This document shows positions 9,186-17,717 of a stretch of 64,000 nucleotides of DNA, one piece after another. The translations under genes were made by a program, and so were the position numbers. Under the pieces are notes generated by a model. It was not told the origin of the DNA. It ran no database searches and saw only the letters and a list, made by a program, of their open reading frames with translations. Source of the DNA: a bacterium (GTDB taxonomy: Bacteria > Hinthialibacterota > Hinthialibacteria > Hinthialibacterales > Hinthialibacteraceae); NCBI GenBank assembly GCA_041946805.1, contig JBHGBC010000008.1, forward strand, positions 12,004 through 76,003, given 5' to 3'. Position 1 is the stretch's first letter, and each line of letters opens with the position of its first letter.

Positions 9186-9845
9186 CTACAGTTTATCCAG
9201 TTCATCCAGCAGCACGGAGGCGGCTTCCTCGATCGTCACTACCCGCACTTTCTCCCCGTTTTTGAACAACATGCCTTTCTGATCGCCGAAGGCGATGCCG
9301 ATATCCGCCGCCTTGGCTTCCCCCGGACCGTTCACTTCGCAGCCCATGATGGCCACGTCCAGAGGCTTGTCGATCGCGTTCAGGTGGGATTCGATCGAGC
9401 GCACCATTTCGGGGAAATCGGTGCGGCAGCGGGCGCAGGTGGGGCATGAAATGATGCGGATGCCCTTGGAGCGCAACTCCAGCGAACGCAGCAGATCGCC
9501 GATGGCCGGCAGAGTGTATTTGTACTCGTCATCGGGAAGGATGACGCTCAGTTCCTGCCCGGTCCAGCGGTACAGGATCGGGGATAAATACACGACCAGC
9601 CGGGGAAAAGTATTCCCGAAGCCCCGCAGGTCCAGCAGGATCTTCCGGGCGGAGATGGGCTGGTCGTTATGCAGATAGGGCATCAAGTCGTCAAACGAAC
9701 TCCAGCGCAATTCGTCGATGGGTAGTGAAGCCGGTGAGGGCAGGGATTCGTAGCCATCACATAGCGTGGGAGAAATGTTGCGTTTCAACGCTTCCACCCG
9801 CTCCGGTTGGGCGGCCACCTTTAAGTTCACGGAAAACAAGGACAT
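9186..9845 (-). CDS. IspG (GcpE)-like [4Fe-4S] domain protein lacking the TIM-barrel catalytic domain
   Basis: C-terminal about 120 aa read LRSLELRSKGIRIISCPTCARC...PLDVAIMGCEVNGPGEAKAADIGIAFGDQKGMLFKNGE. This parallels E. coli IspG [21 protein letters not shown]...PMDVSIIGCVVNGPGEA. Only 219 aa in total. Confidence 0.75.
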   Translation of the reverse strand: MSLFSVNLKVAAQPERVEALKRNISPTLCDGYESLPSPASLPIDELRWSSFDDLMPYLHNDQPISARKILLDLRGFGNTFPRLVVYLSPILYRWTGQELSVILPDDEYKYTLPAIGDLLRSLELRSKGIRIISCPTCARCRTDFPEMVRSIESHLNAIDKPLDVAIMGCEVNGPGEAKAADIGIAFGDQKGMLFKNGEKVRVVTIEEAASVLLDELDKL

Positions 9846-9890
9846 ACGTTTTATTTCCTTCTCTATGTCTTACTTATCGAGAATAAAATC

Positions 9891-9977
9891 GGGAAAATCC
9901 CTCCCCGATTCCTTCTTCCTCAGGGAGAGAGCCCGGGTGAGGGAATTTGTAGGGGCGGACCTTGGTGTCCGCCCGGG
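9891..9977 (-). repeat. mosaic repeat: core hairpin (reverse) plus module B
   Basis: ...cttcctcagggagagagcccgggtgagggaatttgtaggggcggaccttggtgtccgcccggg. Lies between the IspG-like gene and the radical SAM gene. Confidence 0.8.
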
Positions 9978-10008
9978 AAACGCACTTCCCGGATTTACAT
10001 AACATCGT

Positions 10009-11451
10009 TTACGCAGCGGATTCCGCTTCCGGCCGGCGGTCCCGTTGCAGCAGGTTGCGTACCCGGTGGCAAGCGGCCCGCAGGTAATTCAACGCCACGG
10101 CGGGCGATCCCGCGTTGCGGAACGTCCGCAAAATGTAGTGTGGCCGTAAGTACATTTTCCACAAAGCTCGCCGCCGCCAGCGTTCCAGGGCGTCCGCGCC
10201 GAGGCTCTGGGTCGAAACCGCTCCCACCGCGTAACCGCCATGCCGCAGCCGTTCGCGGATAATCAGGCCGTTCCCACTCACCAGGCGGTCCAGTTCCGTC
10301 CCCGGCAGGGGAAACGCCACGTTGAAATCGAAGAAGTCCGGATCCAGTCCGGCCGCGAACTCGATCAACGCTCCGATGGATTCGTCCGTGTCCCAAGGGA
10401 AACCGAATACAAAGAAGGCATGGGACCGGACTCCGTGCTTCCGGCACAGGCGGATCGCTTCCCGCGCCTGCTTGGCCGTGGCGCTTTTTTTCATCCACTC
10501 TAGGTGCTGATCGTTCCCGCTCTCCACGCCGAAACCAATCACCCAGCAGCCGGCCCGCTTCATCCAGATCAGCCGTTCCTCGTCGATCGAATCCACCCGG
10601 CTGTTGCAACCCCAGCGAATGGGCAGTTTGCGCTTCACGATCTCTTGGCACAGTTGCACGACCCAGCGTTTGTTGAGAGTAAAGGTATCCGCGTGGAAGA
10701 GAAATTCGTGGATGCCGTAGCGGGCGATGCACTCCTCCAACTCGGCCACCACATTCTCTGGAGACCGGTAGCGCACGCTGGTTCCCGTGAGGGCCGGGAC
10801 CGAGCAAAAGATGCATTGGTATGGGCACCCCAGCGAGGTGACCACCGTGGTCAACGGATTCCGGGTTTCGGGGCTGCGGTAGTGTTGGTTATCGATTAAA
10901 TGACGGGCCGGGAACGGCAGCATGTCCAGGTCCATCAGTTTCTCTTCCCGGTGGGTACGGATCACGCGGTCCCCCTCCCGGTAGGTTACGGCGGGGAGTT
11001 GAGACCAATCGCGCGATTCCACGAAATCCGGGAGATAGGCGTCCGATTCGCCCCGCAGGATGATATCCAACTCCTGGGATTGGAGGATGATATCTTCATC
11101 CAGATAGAACAGCGGTTCGCCCTTGGCGGCCGTGATGGCCTGAGGGCAATGCTGCTTGATCAATTCCGCCGCCGAGAGATCGCTCTCCAACGTGGCGATG
11201 GTGGCCGTGAAAATCGCCACATCCGGCTGGATTTCGAGGAGATCCCGCTCCAGGTCACGCCTGGAGGAACGCTGGGCGGGATAATCACGCACCCAGACCC
11301 GGTGGCCCGCCTTTTCCAACACGGCGGCGGGATACAACAACTCCATCGGCGGGAACACGACGTTGACCGTTTGGTCTTCCACCCGGTTCTGGCACCGGTT
11401 GTCCCGCCGGTAGAGTCCGGACGGTGGATTGAACAAAAAAACTTTTTTCAT
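10009..11451 (-). CDS. B12-binding-domain radical SAM enzyme (class B)
   Basis: N-terminal Rossmann-like B12 domain (MKKVFLFNPP...DVAIFTAT...). Radical SAM cluster motif LGCPYQCIFCSV. 480 aa. Its start overlaps the stop of the upstream TPR gene (ATGA). Confidence 0.88.
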   Translation of the reverse strand: MKKVFLFNPPSGLYRRDNRCQNRVEDQTVNVVFPPMELLYPAAVLEKAGHRVWVRDYPAQRSSRRDLERDLLEIQPDVAIFTATIATLESDLSAAELIKQHCPQAITAAKGEPLFYLDEDIILQSQELDIILRGESDAYLPDFVESRDWSQLPAVTYREGDRVIRTHREEKLMDLDMLPFPARHLIDNQHYRSPETRNPLTTVVTSLGCPYQCIFCSVPALTGTSVRYRSPENVVAELEECIARYGIHEFLFHADTFTLNKRWVVQLCQEIVKRKLPIRWGCNSRVDSIDEERLIWMKRAGCWVIGFGVESGNDQHLEWMKKSATAKQAREAIRLCRKHGVRSHAFFVFGFPWDTDESIGALIEFAAGLDPDFFDFNVAFPLPGTELDRLVSGNGLIIRERLRHGGYAVGAVSTQSLGADALERWRRRALWKMYLRPHYILRTFRNAGSPAVALNYLRAACHRVRNLLQRDRRPEAESAA

Positions 11452-12866
11452 CCGTTTGTAGGTGAAGCCACCGCGGACTCCGCCGCCGGAACGTCCGCCG
11501 GGGGGGCGGTATCCGGGGAAAAAGCCGCGGAGGGATCCTCCGCCGCGCCTTCCGGCGGTGCGGCGGGCGGTTCCGCCGGCGCTACGGGGAGCGGGGTTAC
11601 GGCATCCGGTCCGGCCGCCGCTTTTTTCGCCCGGTCCTGCTCGGTCTTCTCTATGTATTGTAGCATGCCCGCGGCCCGTTGCATGGCGTTGGGCACTTGC
11701 GAATAGTTCTGCCGGATCCGCTCGACCGTTTGCTTGGCTTGGTCGAATTTGTCATACCGGATGTACGCGTCCGCGAGTTGGAACAGGGCGACCAGCGGCC
11801 GTTCGGGGGTGGAGGGCTCCCGGATGGCTTTTTCGAGCATATCCACCGCCTCGTTGAAGTTCCCCTGCGCCTCATCCGGGGTGGTGTCCCGGACCAGCAT
11901 GGCGATCGCCAGGCGCGCCTGGATGCCGTAATCCGTCTCGGAGTAATCCTTGACCAGGCGCTGGTTCTCGTGCACCAGGACATTCACTTCCTCGGGGGTA
12001 TAGGGTGCGTTCCCGTCCTTTTTGAACAAACTCTCCAGGCTTTTGATCTTCCAGACGATCAACTGCGGCTTGACCTCTTCGGTGATCGCGGGATTGGTTT
12101 GCAGCTGATCATAGATCGTCGCGGAGGAGATGAAATCGCCCGCCGAAGCCCAGGTGTGCGCCCAGTTGATCAGGGCGTTCTGCCGGTCGGTTTCCAGGCC
12201 GACGATCCCCGTCGCGCTGTTCACCACATCCATTTCCTTCTTATAGACTTCCCGCGCCTGTTCGAACTCCCCGCTGGCTTTCATGACTTCGGCCGTGCCC
12301 GACAGCGCCATCAGCTGGTACTCGAGCGCCGCCGTGGGATCGGTCACCGCGGAACCGGCGATCTGGAGGATCTTGCCGTAATACTCTTCCGCCGTCGCCG
12401 CCTGGGTTTGCTTCGCATAAATGGAAGCCAGGTAACTATAGGCCCGCACCTGGATATGCGGATTGGTGGTGGCCCCGGCGATCTCCTGGAAATGAGTGAT
12501 GGATTTATCAAAGAAACCCTCATAAAAATACGTGCTGCCGATCTCGAAATCGGACAGTACCTGGATGTTGGGATCGGTGAACTTCTGTTTCATCTCCTGG
12601 AACACCTTGCGGGCGTTGGCGAAGTCCCGCAGGTCGTAATAGCACCGGGCCAGCATTTCATAGGCCGCCGTGATGTTCTCGTCCTCGGGAAATTTCTTGA
12701 TGAAATCCTCGAAATAGAGGGAAGCCCCGATGGGGTCCGATTCCTGGTACGCCCGCACGCCCCGGTTGAACACTGCGTCCGGGGTGTTGCCCCCGCAGCA
12801 GGCCAGCCAGATCGTGATGCCTAGAAACACCAACGCCGGCAGAACGGACTTGTAATCTCGTATCAT
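11448..12866 (-). CDS. TPR-repeat protein with N-terminal signal/anchor and Pro/Ala-rich C-terminal tail
   Basis: MIRDYKSVLPALVFLGITIWLACCGG leader. Repeated A..Y......Y..A helical-pair patterns throughout. C-terminus is low complexity: PLPVAPAEPPAAPPEGAAEDP. Confidence 0.8.
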   Translation of the reverse strand: MIRDYKSVLPALVFLGITIWLACCGGNTPDAVFNRGVRAYQESDPIGASLYFEDFIKKFPEDENITAAYEMLARCYYDLRDFANARKVFQEMKQKFTDPNIQVLSDFEIGSTYFYEGFFDKSITHFQEIAGATTNPHIQVRAYSYLASIYAKQTQAATAEEYYGKILQIAGSAVTDPTAALEYQLMALSGTAEVMKASGEFEQAREVYKKEMDVVNSATGIVGLETDRQNALINWAHTWASAGDFISSATIYDQLQTNPAITEEVKPQLIVWKIKSLESLFKKDGNAPYTPEEVNVLVHENQRLVKDYSETDYGIQARLAIAMLVRDTTPDEAQGNFNEAVDMLEKAIREPSTPERPLVALFQLADAYIRYDKFDQAKQTVERIRQNYSQVPNAMQRAAGMLQYIEKTEQDRAKKAAAGPDAVTPLPVAPAEPPAAPPEGAAEDPSAAFSPDTAPPADVPAAESAVASPTNG

Positions 12867-13342
12867 CCTTGTGGTCCTTAAAAGGGGAGTATCAACCGGT
12901 TGGATTATGGAACCGGCCGGCCGTCACCCGTTCCCGGGGAAAGTTCTAGACACGGTTTTCCACGCCCCTCGAACCTCAGGCGCGGACAGGGTTTCCATCG
13001 GCCTTGACTCTGTTCGTTGTCATTATCCTGGATTCTGTCTGAAACGGAAGCCGTTCGCATGAATCCGCCACGGAAGGGAATGAGGCGGTCTAACTGGGAA
13101 ATTGCGAATGCGAGGGAGACTGAAGGGCTCCATCTCCGGCCCGAGGTTAATTCCGGATTTGGGGCTCGTTTCTCTTTCCAGTAGTCTACCAAGAAAGTCA
13201 TCCCTGCCGGGGATCCGTGGCTTTTCCCCTGATCTGGAAGTTCGGACAAGCTCCGCCGGGAGGAGCGGGCGGGATCTCTGGATTGCCTGATTCGCCCCGC
13301 CGTGTCATGATGTAAGCAAACAATCGACGAGGCGTTGCCGTT

Positions 13343-13612
13343 ATGTCTGGATTCCTGATCCTGGTAGCGAACCTGATTCAGCTGTATGTGCTGATCATCT
13401 TTCTCCGGGTGCTCATTTCTTGGTTGCCGGTCAATCCGTACAATCCGATCGTTCAATTCATCAGTCAAATCACCGATCCCTTGCTGGACGCCATGCGGCG
13501 TTCGTTCCCCTTCCTGGCGGCGGGCGGGCTGGATTTCAGCCCCATCGCCGTGATTTTTCTTCTCTACATCACCCAAAGCTACCTCCTGACCATCGCCTCC
13601 CGTTTGTCTTGA
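13343..13612 (+). CDS. YggT family membrane protein
   Basis: 89 aa. LRVLISWLP...ITDPLLDAMRRSFPFLAAGGLDFSPI matches the YggT/Ycf19 signature. Confidence 0.8.
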   Translation: MSGFLILVANLIQLYVLIIFLRVLISWLPVNPYNPIVQFISQITDPLLDAMRRSFPFLAAGGLDFSPIAVIFLLYITQSYLLTIASRLS

Positions 13613-13728
13613 ATCCCCGTTTCCCAATATTCGGCGCCCGCATCACTGTATTACTTTGACGAATCCCGCGGGATACCGTACAATCGGGTGGATTTCATTC
13701 AAAACCAGCTAAAGGAGAACTTGATCCC

Positions 13729-14625
13729 ATGAAACGGTTTGGACTTTGGCTTCTGGCCTTGGCGATGACGGCGGGGATGACGATGGGCGCGGCGGAGAAA
13801 AACGAAACGGTTCTGCGCGTCATGACGTATAACATCCGGTACAACAATCCAGGGGATGGCGTCAACGCCTGGCCCAACCGCAAGGATCACGTGGCGGAAA
13901 TGATCGGTACCAAAGCCAACGCGGACCTGGCGGGCCTGCAGGAAGCCCTGCGGGGACAAATCGACGACCTGGCCGCACGTCTGACCGGCTATGCCTGGTT
14001 CGGCGCCGGGCGCGACGACGGGAAGGACAAGGGTGAACACACGCCCATCTTTTACCGCCAGGAGCGCTTCGAATTATTGGACCACAACAACTTCTGGCTA
14101 TCTGAAACGCCCGAGGTTCCCGGCAGCAAATCCTGGGACGCGGCGATCACGCGGATAGTCACGTGGGGGAAGTTCAAGGAAAAAGCCAGTGGCATCGAGT
14201 TCTATTATTTCAACACCCATTTCGACCACATCGGCCAGCAGGCCCGGACGGAAAGCGCCAAACTGATCTGGAAGAAAATCCAGGCCATCGCCCAGGGCGC
14301 GCCCGTCTTCCTCACCGGCGACTTCAATGTCACCGAAAAATCCGAGGCCTACCGCATCCTCACCGGCAACACGCCCGAAGCCGCCCCGGTCTCGGATCTG
14401 CGGGACGCCCGCTACCTCTCGCAATCCGGCCATCAAGGCCCCACCTCCACCTTCGTCAACGCGGATTGGACCCAAATCCGCGAGCCGGAATCGAAGATCG
14501 ACTTCATTTTCGTCCGCCAGGGGATCCAAGTGCTCAGCCACAAGGTCCTGGACGATCAATATGACGGACGCTTCCCGTCCGATCATCTGCCGGTGGTGGG
14601 AGAGTTGAAATTGGTCCAACCATGA
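13729..14625 (+). CDS. secreted endonuclease/exonuclease/phosphatase (EEP) family protein
   Basis: Signal peptide MKRFGLWLLALAMTAGMTMGAA. LRVMTYNIRY near the N-terminus, ...TGDFN..., and a C-terminal SDHLPV motif. AAGGAG RBS. Confidence 0.88.
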   Translation: MKRFGLWLLALAMTAGMTMGAAEKNETVLRVMTYNIRYNNPGDGVNAWPNRKDHVAEMIGTKANADLAGLQEALRGQIDDLAARLTGYAWFGAGRDDGKDKGEHTPIFYRQERFELLDHNNFWLSETPEVPGSKSWDAAITRIVTWGKFKEKASGIEFYYFNTHFDHIGQQARTESAKLIWKKIQAIAQGAPVFLTGDFNVTEKSEAYRILTGNTPEAAPVSDLRDARYLSQSGHQGPTSTFVNADWTQIREPESKIDFIFVRQGIQVLSHKVLDDQYDGRFPSDHLPVVGELKLVQP

Positions 14626-14649
14626 GGCGGGAAACCGTATTCCGCTGTT

Positions 14650-14822
14650 GTTGGAGCCGTGGGGCGGGGTAGCGCGGCGTAATCCATCACGCATTCGAGT
14701 AGTGTCCGCGGCTCCCTCATCCCCTCTCCCCCCGGGAGAGGGCCAGGGTGAGGGAAACCCGTAGGGGCGGACCTAGGTGTCCGCCCGGCGAGATGCCGGG
14801 GCGCGTTGCATTGTGCCCCTAC
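14650..14822. repeat. composite mosaic repeat (module E-like, fully palindromic core, module B, module C)
   Basis: gcgtaatccatc... then tccctcatcccctctccccccgggagagggccagggtgagggaa, then gtaggggcggacctaggtgtccgcccgg, then gagatgccggggcgcgttgcattgtgcccct. Confidence 0.85.
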
Positions 14823-14888
14823 AGAAATGGTCCTGGATCCCACAAAAACTTGTGAGTTCCCCTCCAACGGAGGATCCGGTGAAAAAAC

Positions 14889-15365
14889 TCAGGACGCGCC
14901 GCCGGGCGGTGGCGCATCGCTTTCCGCCGCCGGTTCGCTGGAGCTGCGGAAGCGGGTGAATTCGCGCCGGAATTCGCGGGCGGCTTCCTCGGTCTCGCCG
15001 AAGGTGGCGAATTCGGACAGCACGATGAATTCCGGCTGGATCTCCAGGTTGCCCACGAACAGGCCGCCCTTGTTGATTTCCAATCGCTTGCGGGCTACGA
15101 GGGAAAGACGGGCCCCGCCTTCGATCACGACGTGAAAGGCGTCGACATGGCCGTCGACAAAACCCCGTTCCACGATCTTCACGAGGTTGTTCGACCGGAT
15201 GGTCCCGTTGAATACCCCGCCGATCTCGATCCCCTGTTTCAGACTGAGGTTGCCTTCCATCTCCACATCCGGGGCGATGTAGGAACGGACGGTGGATTGT
15301 CCCTCCTGGTACGCTTCCTCCGGAACCAGATCCGCATCATCCTCGGCGAAAATATAATCGGCCAT
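14889..15365 (-). CDS. bactofilin-family cytoskeletal protein
   Basis: Central beta-helical repeats: VEMEGNLSLKQGIEIGGVFNGTIRSNNLVKIVERGFVDGHVDAFHVVIEGGARL. Disordered acidic and Pro-rich termini. Confidence 0.78.
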   Translation of the reverse strand: MADYIFAEDDADLVPEEAYQEGQSTVRSYIAPDVEMEGNLSLKQGIEIGGVFNGTIRSNNLVKIVERGFVDGHVDAFHVVIEGGARLSLVARKRLEINKGGLFVGNLEIQPEFIVLSEFATFGETEEAAREFRREFTRFRSSSEPAAESDAPPPGGAS

Positions 15366-15526
15366 GGATAGACTCCACTCGAGATAATATGGCTATATAC
15401 TCCAACCGGATGGAATCCGTGTCAAGCAAGCGTATCCGGGGGGGTACATGGAGAACCCCGGGATCATCGGCCGGCCGAACACTGCCGCTCCGTGAAATCT
15501 GTTCCTCTTGTATAATCGGAGACCGG

Positions 15527-15659
15527 GGAGGGTCCGGCCGGGGCGCGGAACGGTGTCCGCCTGGTAAGATGCCGGGGCACGTTGCCACGTGCCCCGGCAT
15601 GAAACGGCGCTGGATTGCCGCTGGTGCGGGGATGACATCCATGCGCGGGATGACATCCC
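15527..15659. repeat. composite mosaic repeat (module B-like, perfect module C palindrome, tandem module D half-units)
   Basis: 15569-15600 atgccggggcacgt-tgcc-acgtgccccggcat has perfect 14-bp arms. 15628-15659 reads ggggatgacatcc atg cgcgggatgacatccc. Confidence 0.85.
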
Positions 15660-15671
15660 GATGAGTCAATC

Positions 15672-17099
15672 ATGGAAATCCAAACCCAAGAATCCCTCAT
15701 ATTGATCGTCGATGACGAAGAGGCCGTCCATTATTCGTTCAGACGGTTCCTGACCCCCCTGACCAGCCGCGTTCTGACGGCCCGCTCGGGCGAGGAGGCG
15801 TTGTCCATCCTGGAAACGGAAATCCCGGACCTGGTGATCATGGACATCAAGATGGGGGGCATGGACGGCCTGACCACGCTGAAGGAAATCTCCCGCCGCT
15901 CGCCGCAGATCCCCGTGATCATCATGACCGCCTACTCGACGGCCAACGCGGCCATCGAGGCCACCCGCCTGGGCGCGTTCGAATATGTGATGAAACCTTT
16001 CGATCCCCCGCACATGATGGAGGTGATTCAAACGGCGTTGTCGACGCGCCGCCTCATGCAAAAAACCGTGGTGTGGGGCGTGAACGAGGACCAATGGGGC
16101 ACGGACGACGTGTTGATCGGCGCCTCGCCGGCCATGCGGGAACTGTACAAGTTCATCGGCAAGGTGGCCGACAGCGGCGCTTTGGTGCTGATCACCGGCG
16201 AGAGCGGCACGGGCAAGGAACTGGTGGCGCGGGCTATCTACAGCCACAGCCCGCGCATGAAGAACATCTTCCTGCCGGTCAATTGCGCGGCGCTGCCCGA
16301 CAGCCTGCTGGAAAGCGAACTGTTCGGGCACGAGAAAGGGGCCTTCACCGGGGCGGTCGAAAAGCGCATCGGCAAGTTCGAGCAGGCCCACAAGGGCACG
16401 CTCTTTTTGGACGAAATCGGCGAGATGAGCCTGGCCACGCAGGGCAAACTGCTGCGGGTGCTGCAGGATGGAACCTTCCAGCGCGTGGGAGGCAAGGAAT
16501 TCGTGCGCACCGACGCGCGCATCATCGCCGCCACCAACCGGAACCTGGCCCAGCGGGTCGCGGAGCACACGTTCCGGGAAGATTTGTATTACCGCCTGCA
16601 GGTAATGACCATCCACCTGCCGCCCCTGCGCGAACGGCGGGATGACATCCCCCTCCTGGCGCGCTATTTCGCCGCCCGGTCGGGATATCAGAAACTCGCG
16701 CTGTCTCCGGAGGCGGAGCAATTCCTGCTCAATCACACCTGGCCGGGCAACGTGCGCGAACTGGAAAACGCCATCCAGCGGGCGCTGATCCTCTCCCGGG
16801 GCGCGGTCATCACCGTGGAGCATCTGCGGCCCGGCCCGGCGGTGGACATGGGCGCGGTTTCACCTCCACCCGTTAGGACGGCCCAGCCCGTCCCGGAAGA
16901 GTCTGGCCTGGGCCAGGCGCTCGATCAATTATGGGAAAAGATCCTGGCGCGGCAGGCAAAGCAGCCCCTCAAGATGTTCCAATGGCTGGAGGTGGAACTC
17001 GCCCGCCGGGCGATGGAACACACCCACGGCAACCAGGTGCAGGCCGCGAAACTGCTGGGCGTCTCCCGCAACACCCTGCGCCAGCGGCTGGGATTGTAG
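15672..17099 (+). CDS. sigma54-dependent response regulator (NtrC family: REC, AAA+, Fis-type HTH)
   Basis: REC domain with DLVIMDIKMGGMDG. GESGTGKE (Walker A), the GAFTGA motif and a C-terminal HTH (GNQVQAAKLLGVSRNTLRQRL). Confidence 0.95.
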   Translation: MEIQTQESLILIVDDEEAVHYSFRRFLTPLTSRVLTARSGEEALSILETEIPDLVIMDIKMGGMDGLTTLKEISRRSPQIPVIIMTAYSTANAAIEATRLGAFEYVMKPFDPPHMMEVIQTALSTRRLMQKTVVWGVNEDQWGTDDVLIGASPAMRELYKFIGKVADSGALVLITGESGTGKELVARAIYSHSPRMKNIFLPVNCAALPDSLLESELFGHEKGAFTGAVEKRIGKFEQAHKGTLFLDEIGEMSLATQGKLLRVLQDGTFQRVGGKEFVRTDARIIAATNRNLAQRVAEHTFREDLYYRLQVMTIHLPPLRERRDDIPLLARYFAARSGYQKLALSPEAEQFLLNHTWPGNVRELENAIQRALILSRGAVITVEHLRPGPAVDMGAVSPPPVRTAQPVPEESGLGQALDQLWEKILARQAKQPLKMFQWLEVELARRAMEHTHGNQVQAAKLLGVSRNTLRQRLGL

Positions 17100-17127
17100 A
17101 GCGGAGGAGGAAACAGGACATTCAATC

Positions 17128-17484
17128 ATGGCCAATCCGTTTCGTTTTACACGTTTTCTGGAATCGGCTCAGCTGTCTCCGGGAGCGGTGATTGCGTTTA
17201 TCATCCATATCCCCAACTTCATCCGGCTCCTTTCACGCCTCTTGAACGATCCCCGGGTTCCCTATCATCTGAAACTCTTTTGTTATTTCGCGATGATCTA
17301 TTTCATTTTCCCCCTGGATCTCTGGAGGGATTTCCGGCTATTCGGCCTGGGGTATGCCGACGACGTTTTGCTTCTCTTCTTCGCGTTCCGCAAGTTGGTG
17401 CGCGATTCGCCGCCGGAAGTCGTGCGCGAGCATGTGGAAGCCATCAGCCAAGGCCGTCCCGCCCCGGAATACAGGAAGGATTAA
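17128..17484 (+). CDS. DUF1232 (YkvA-like) membrane protein
   Basis: YFIFPLDLWRDFRLFGLGYADDVLL resembles the DUF1232 signature P.D.iPD..p.lG..DD. Confidence 0.65.
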   Translation: MANPFRFTRFLESAQLSPGAVIAFIIHIPNFIRLLSRLLNDPRVPYHLKLFCYFAMIYFIFPLDLWRDFRLFGLGYADDVLLLFFAFRKLVRDSPPEVVREHVEAISQGRPAPEYRKD

Positions 17485-17546
17485 CGGCAAGCGGGAAGGA
17501 ATCGAACGGCTGGGCGGAAAGGCTGATTCGCAATGCCAGATGCGGC

Positions 17547-17698
17547 TATTCACTCGATTGCAGAAAAGGGATGAATTTCTCCTTTTCAGGGCTTCTCTCA
17601 CCCTGGCCCTCTTCCAAAGGGAGAGGGAATCGTTGCGCGTTCCCATCGATACTCGTGGCAAGAACACGGCACCGAGAAAGCACTGCATTCGGATAAAT
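17547..17698 (+). repeat. mosaic repeat, long form (type-2 left arm, core hairpin, right arm)
   Basis: tattcactcgattgcagaaaagggatgaatttctccttttcagggcttctctcaccctggccctcttccaaagggagagggaatcgttgc...gagaaagcactgcattcggataaat. Arms recur at 29881-29958, 53954-54102, 62662-62745 and 63884-63968. Confidence 0.85.
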
Positions 17699-17717
17699 GG
17701 TGGATGTCCGTTATTAC

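Noticed and set aside
10620-10645. Sigma54 promoter-like strings. I searched because an NtrC-type activator is encoded here. Examples: TGGCAC-AG-TTGCA at about 10626, TGGCAT..CGCT at about 23650, and AGCAC-TAAA-TTGCT upstream of the FapA gene (minus strand, about 42830).
   Set aside because: All have the wrong GG-to-GC spacing or lack the GG dinucleotide, and the first lies inside a CDS. No convincing -24/-12 element was found by eye.
12905-13627. 240-aa minus-strand ORF overlapping yggT and the TPR/yggT spacer
   Set aside because: It is antisense to a well-supported YggT gene. The composition is Arg/Gly/Asp/Gln-rich with no motif.
14583-14867. Short ORFs translating the repeat modules: 14583..14867, 15337..15669, 35334..35585, 40299..40547, 53871..54092, 60281..60553 and 63716..63988. 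They give peptides such as PHPGPLPGGEGM, PHPNPLLEGEGI, SLTLILSQRER and VIPAKAGIQ.
   Set aside because: The amino-acid similarity among them merely reflects translation of the DNA repeat in different frames and orientations. No start context is visible, and they span intergenic hairpins.
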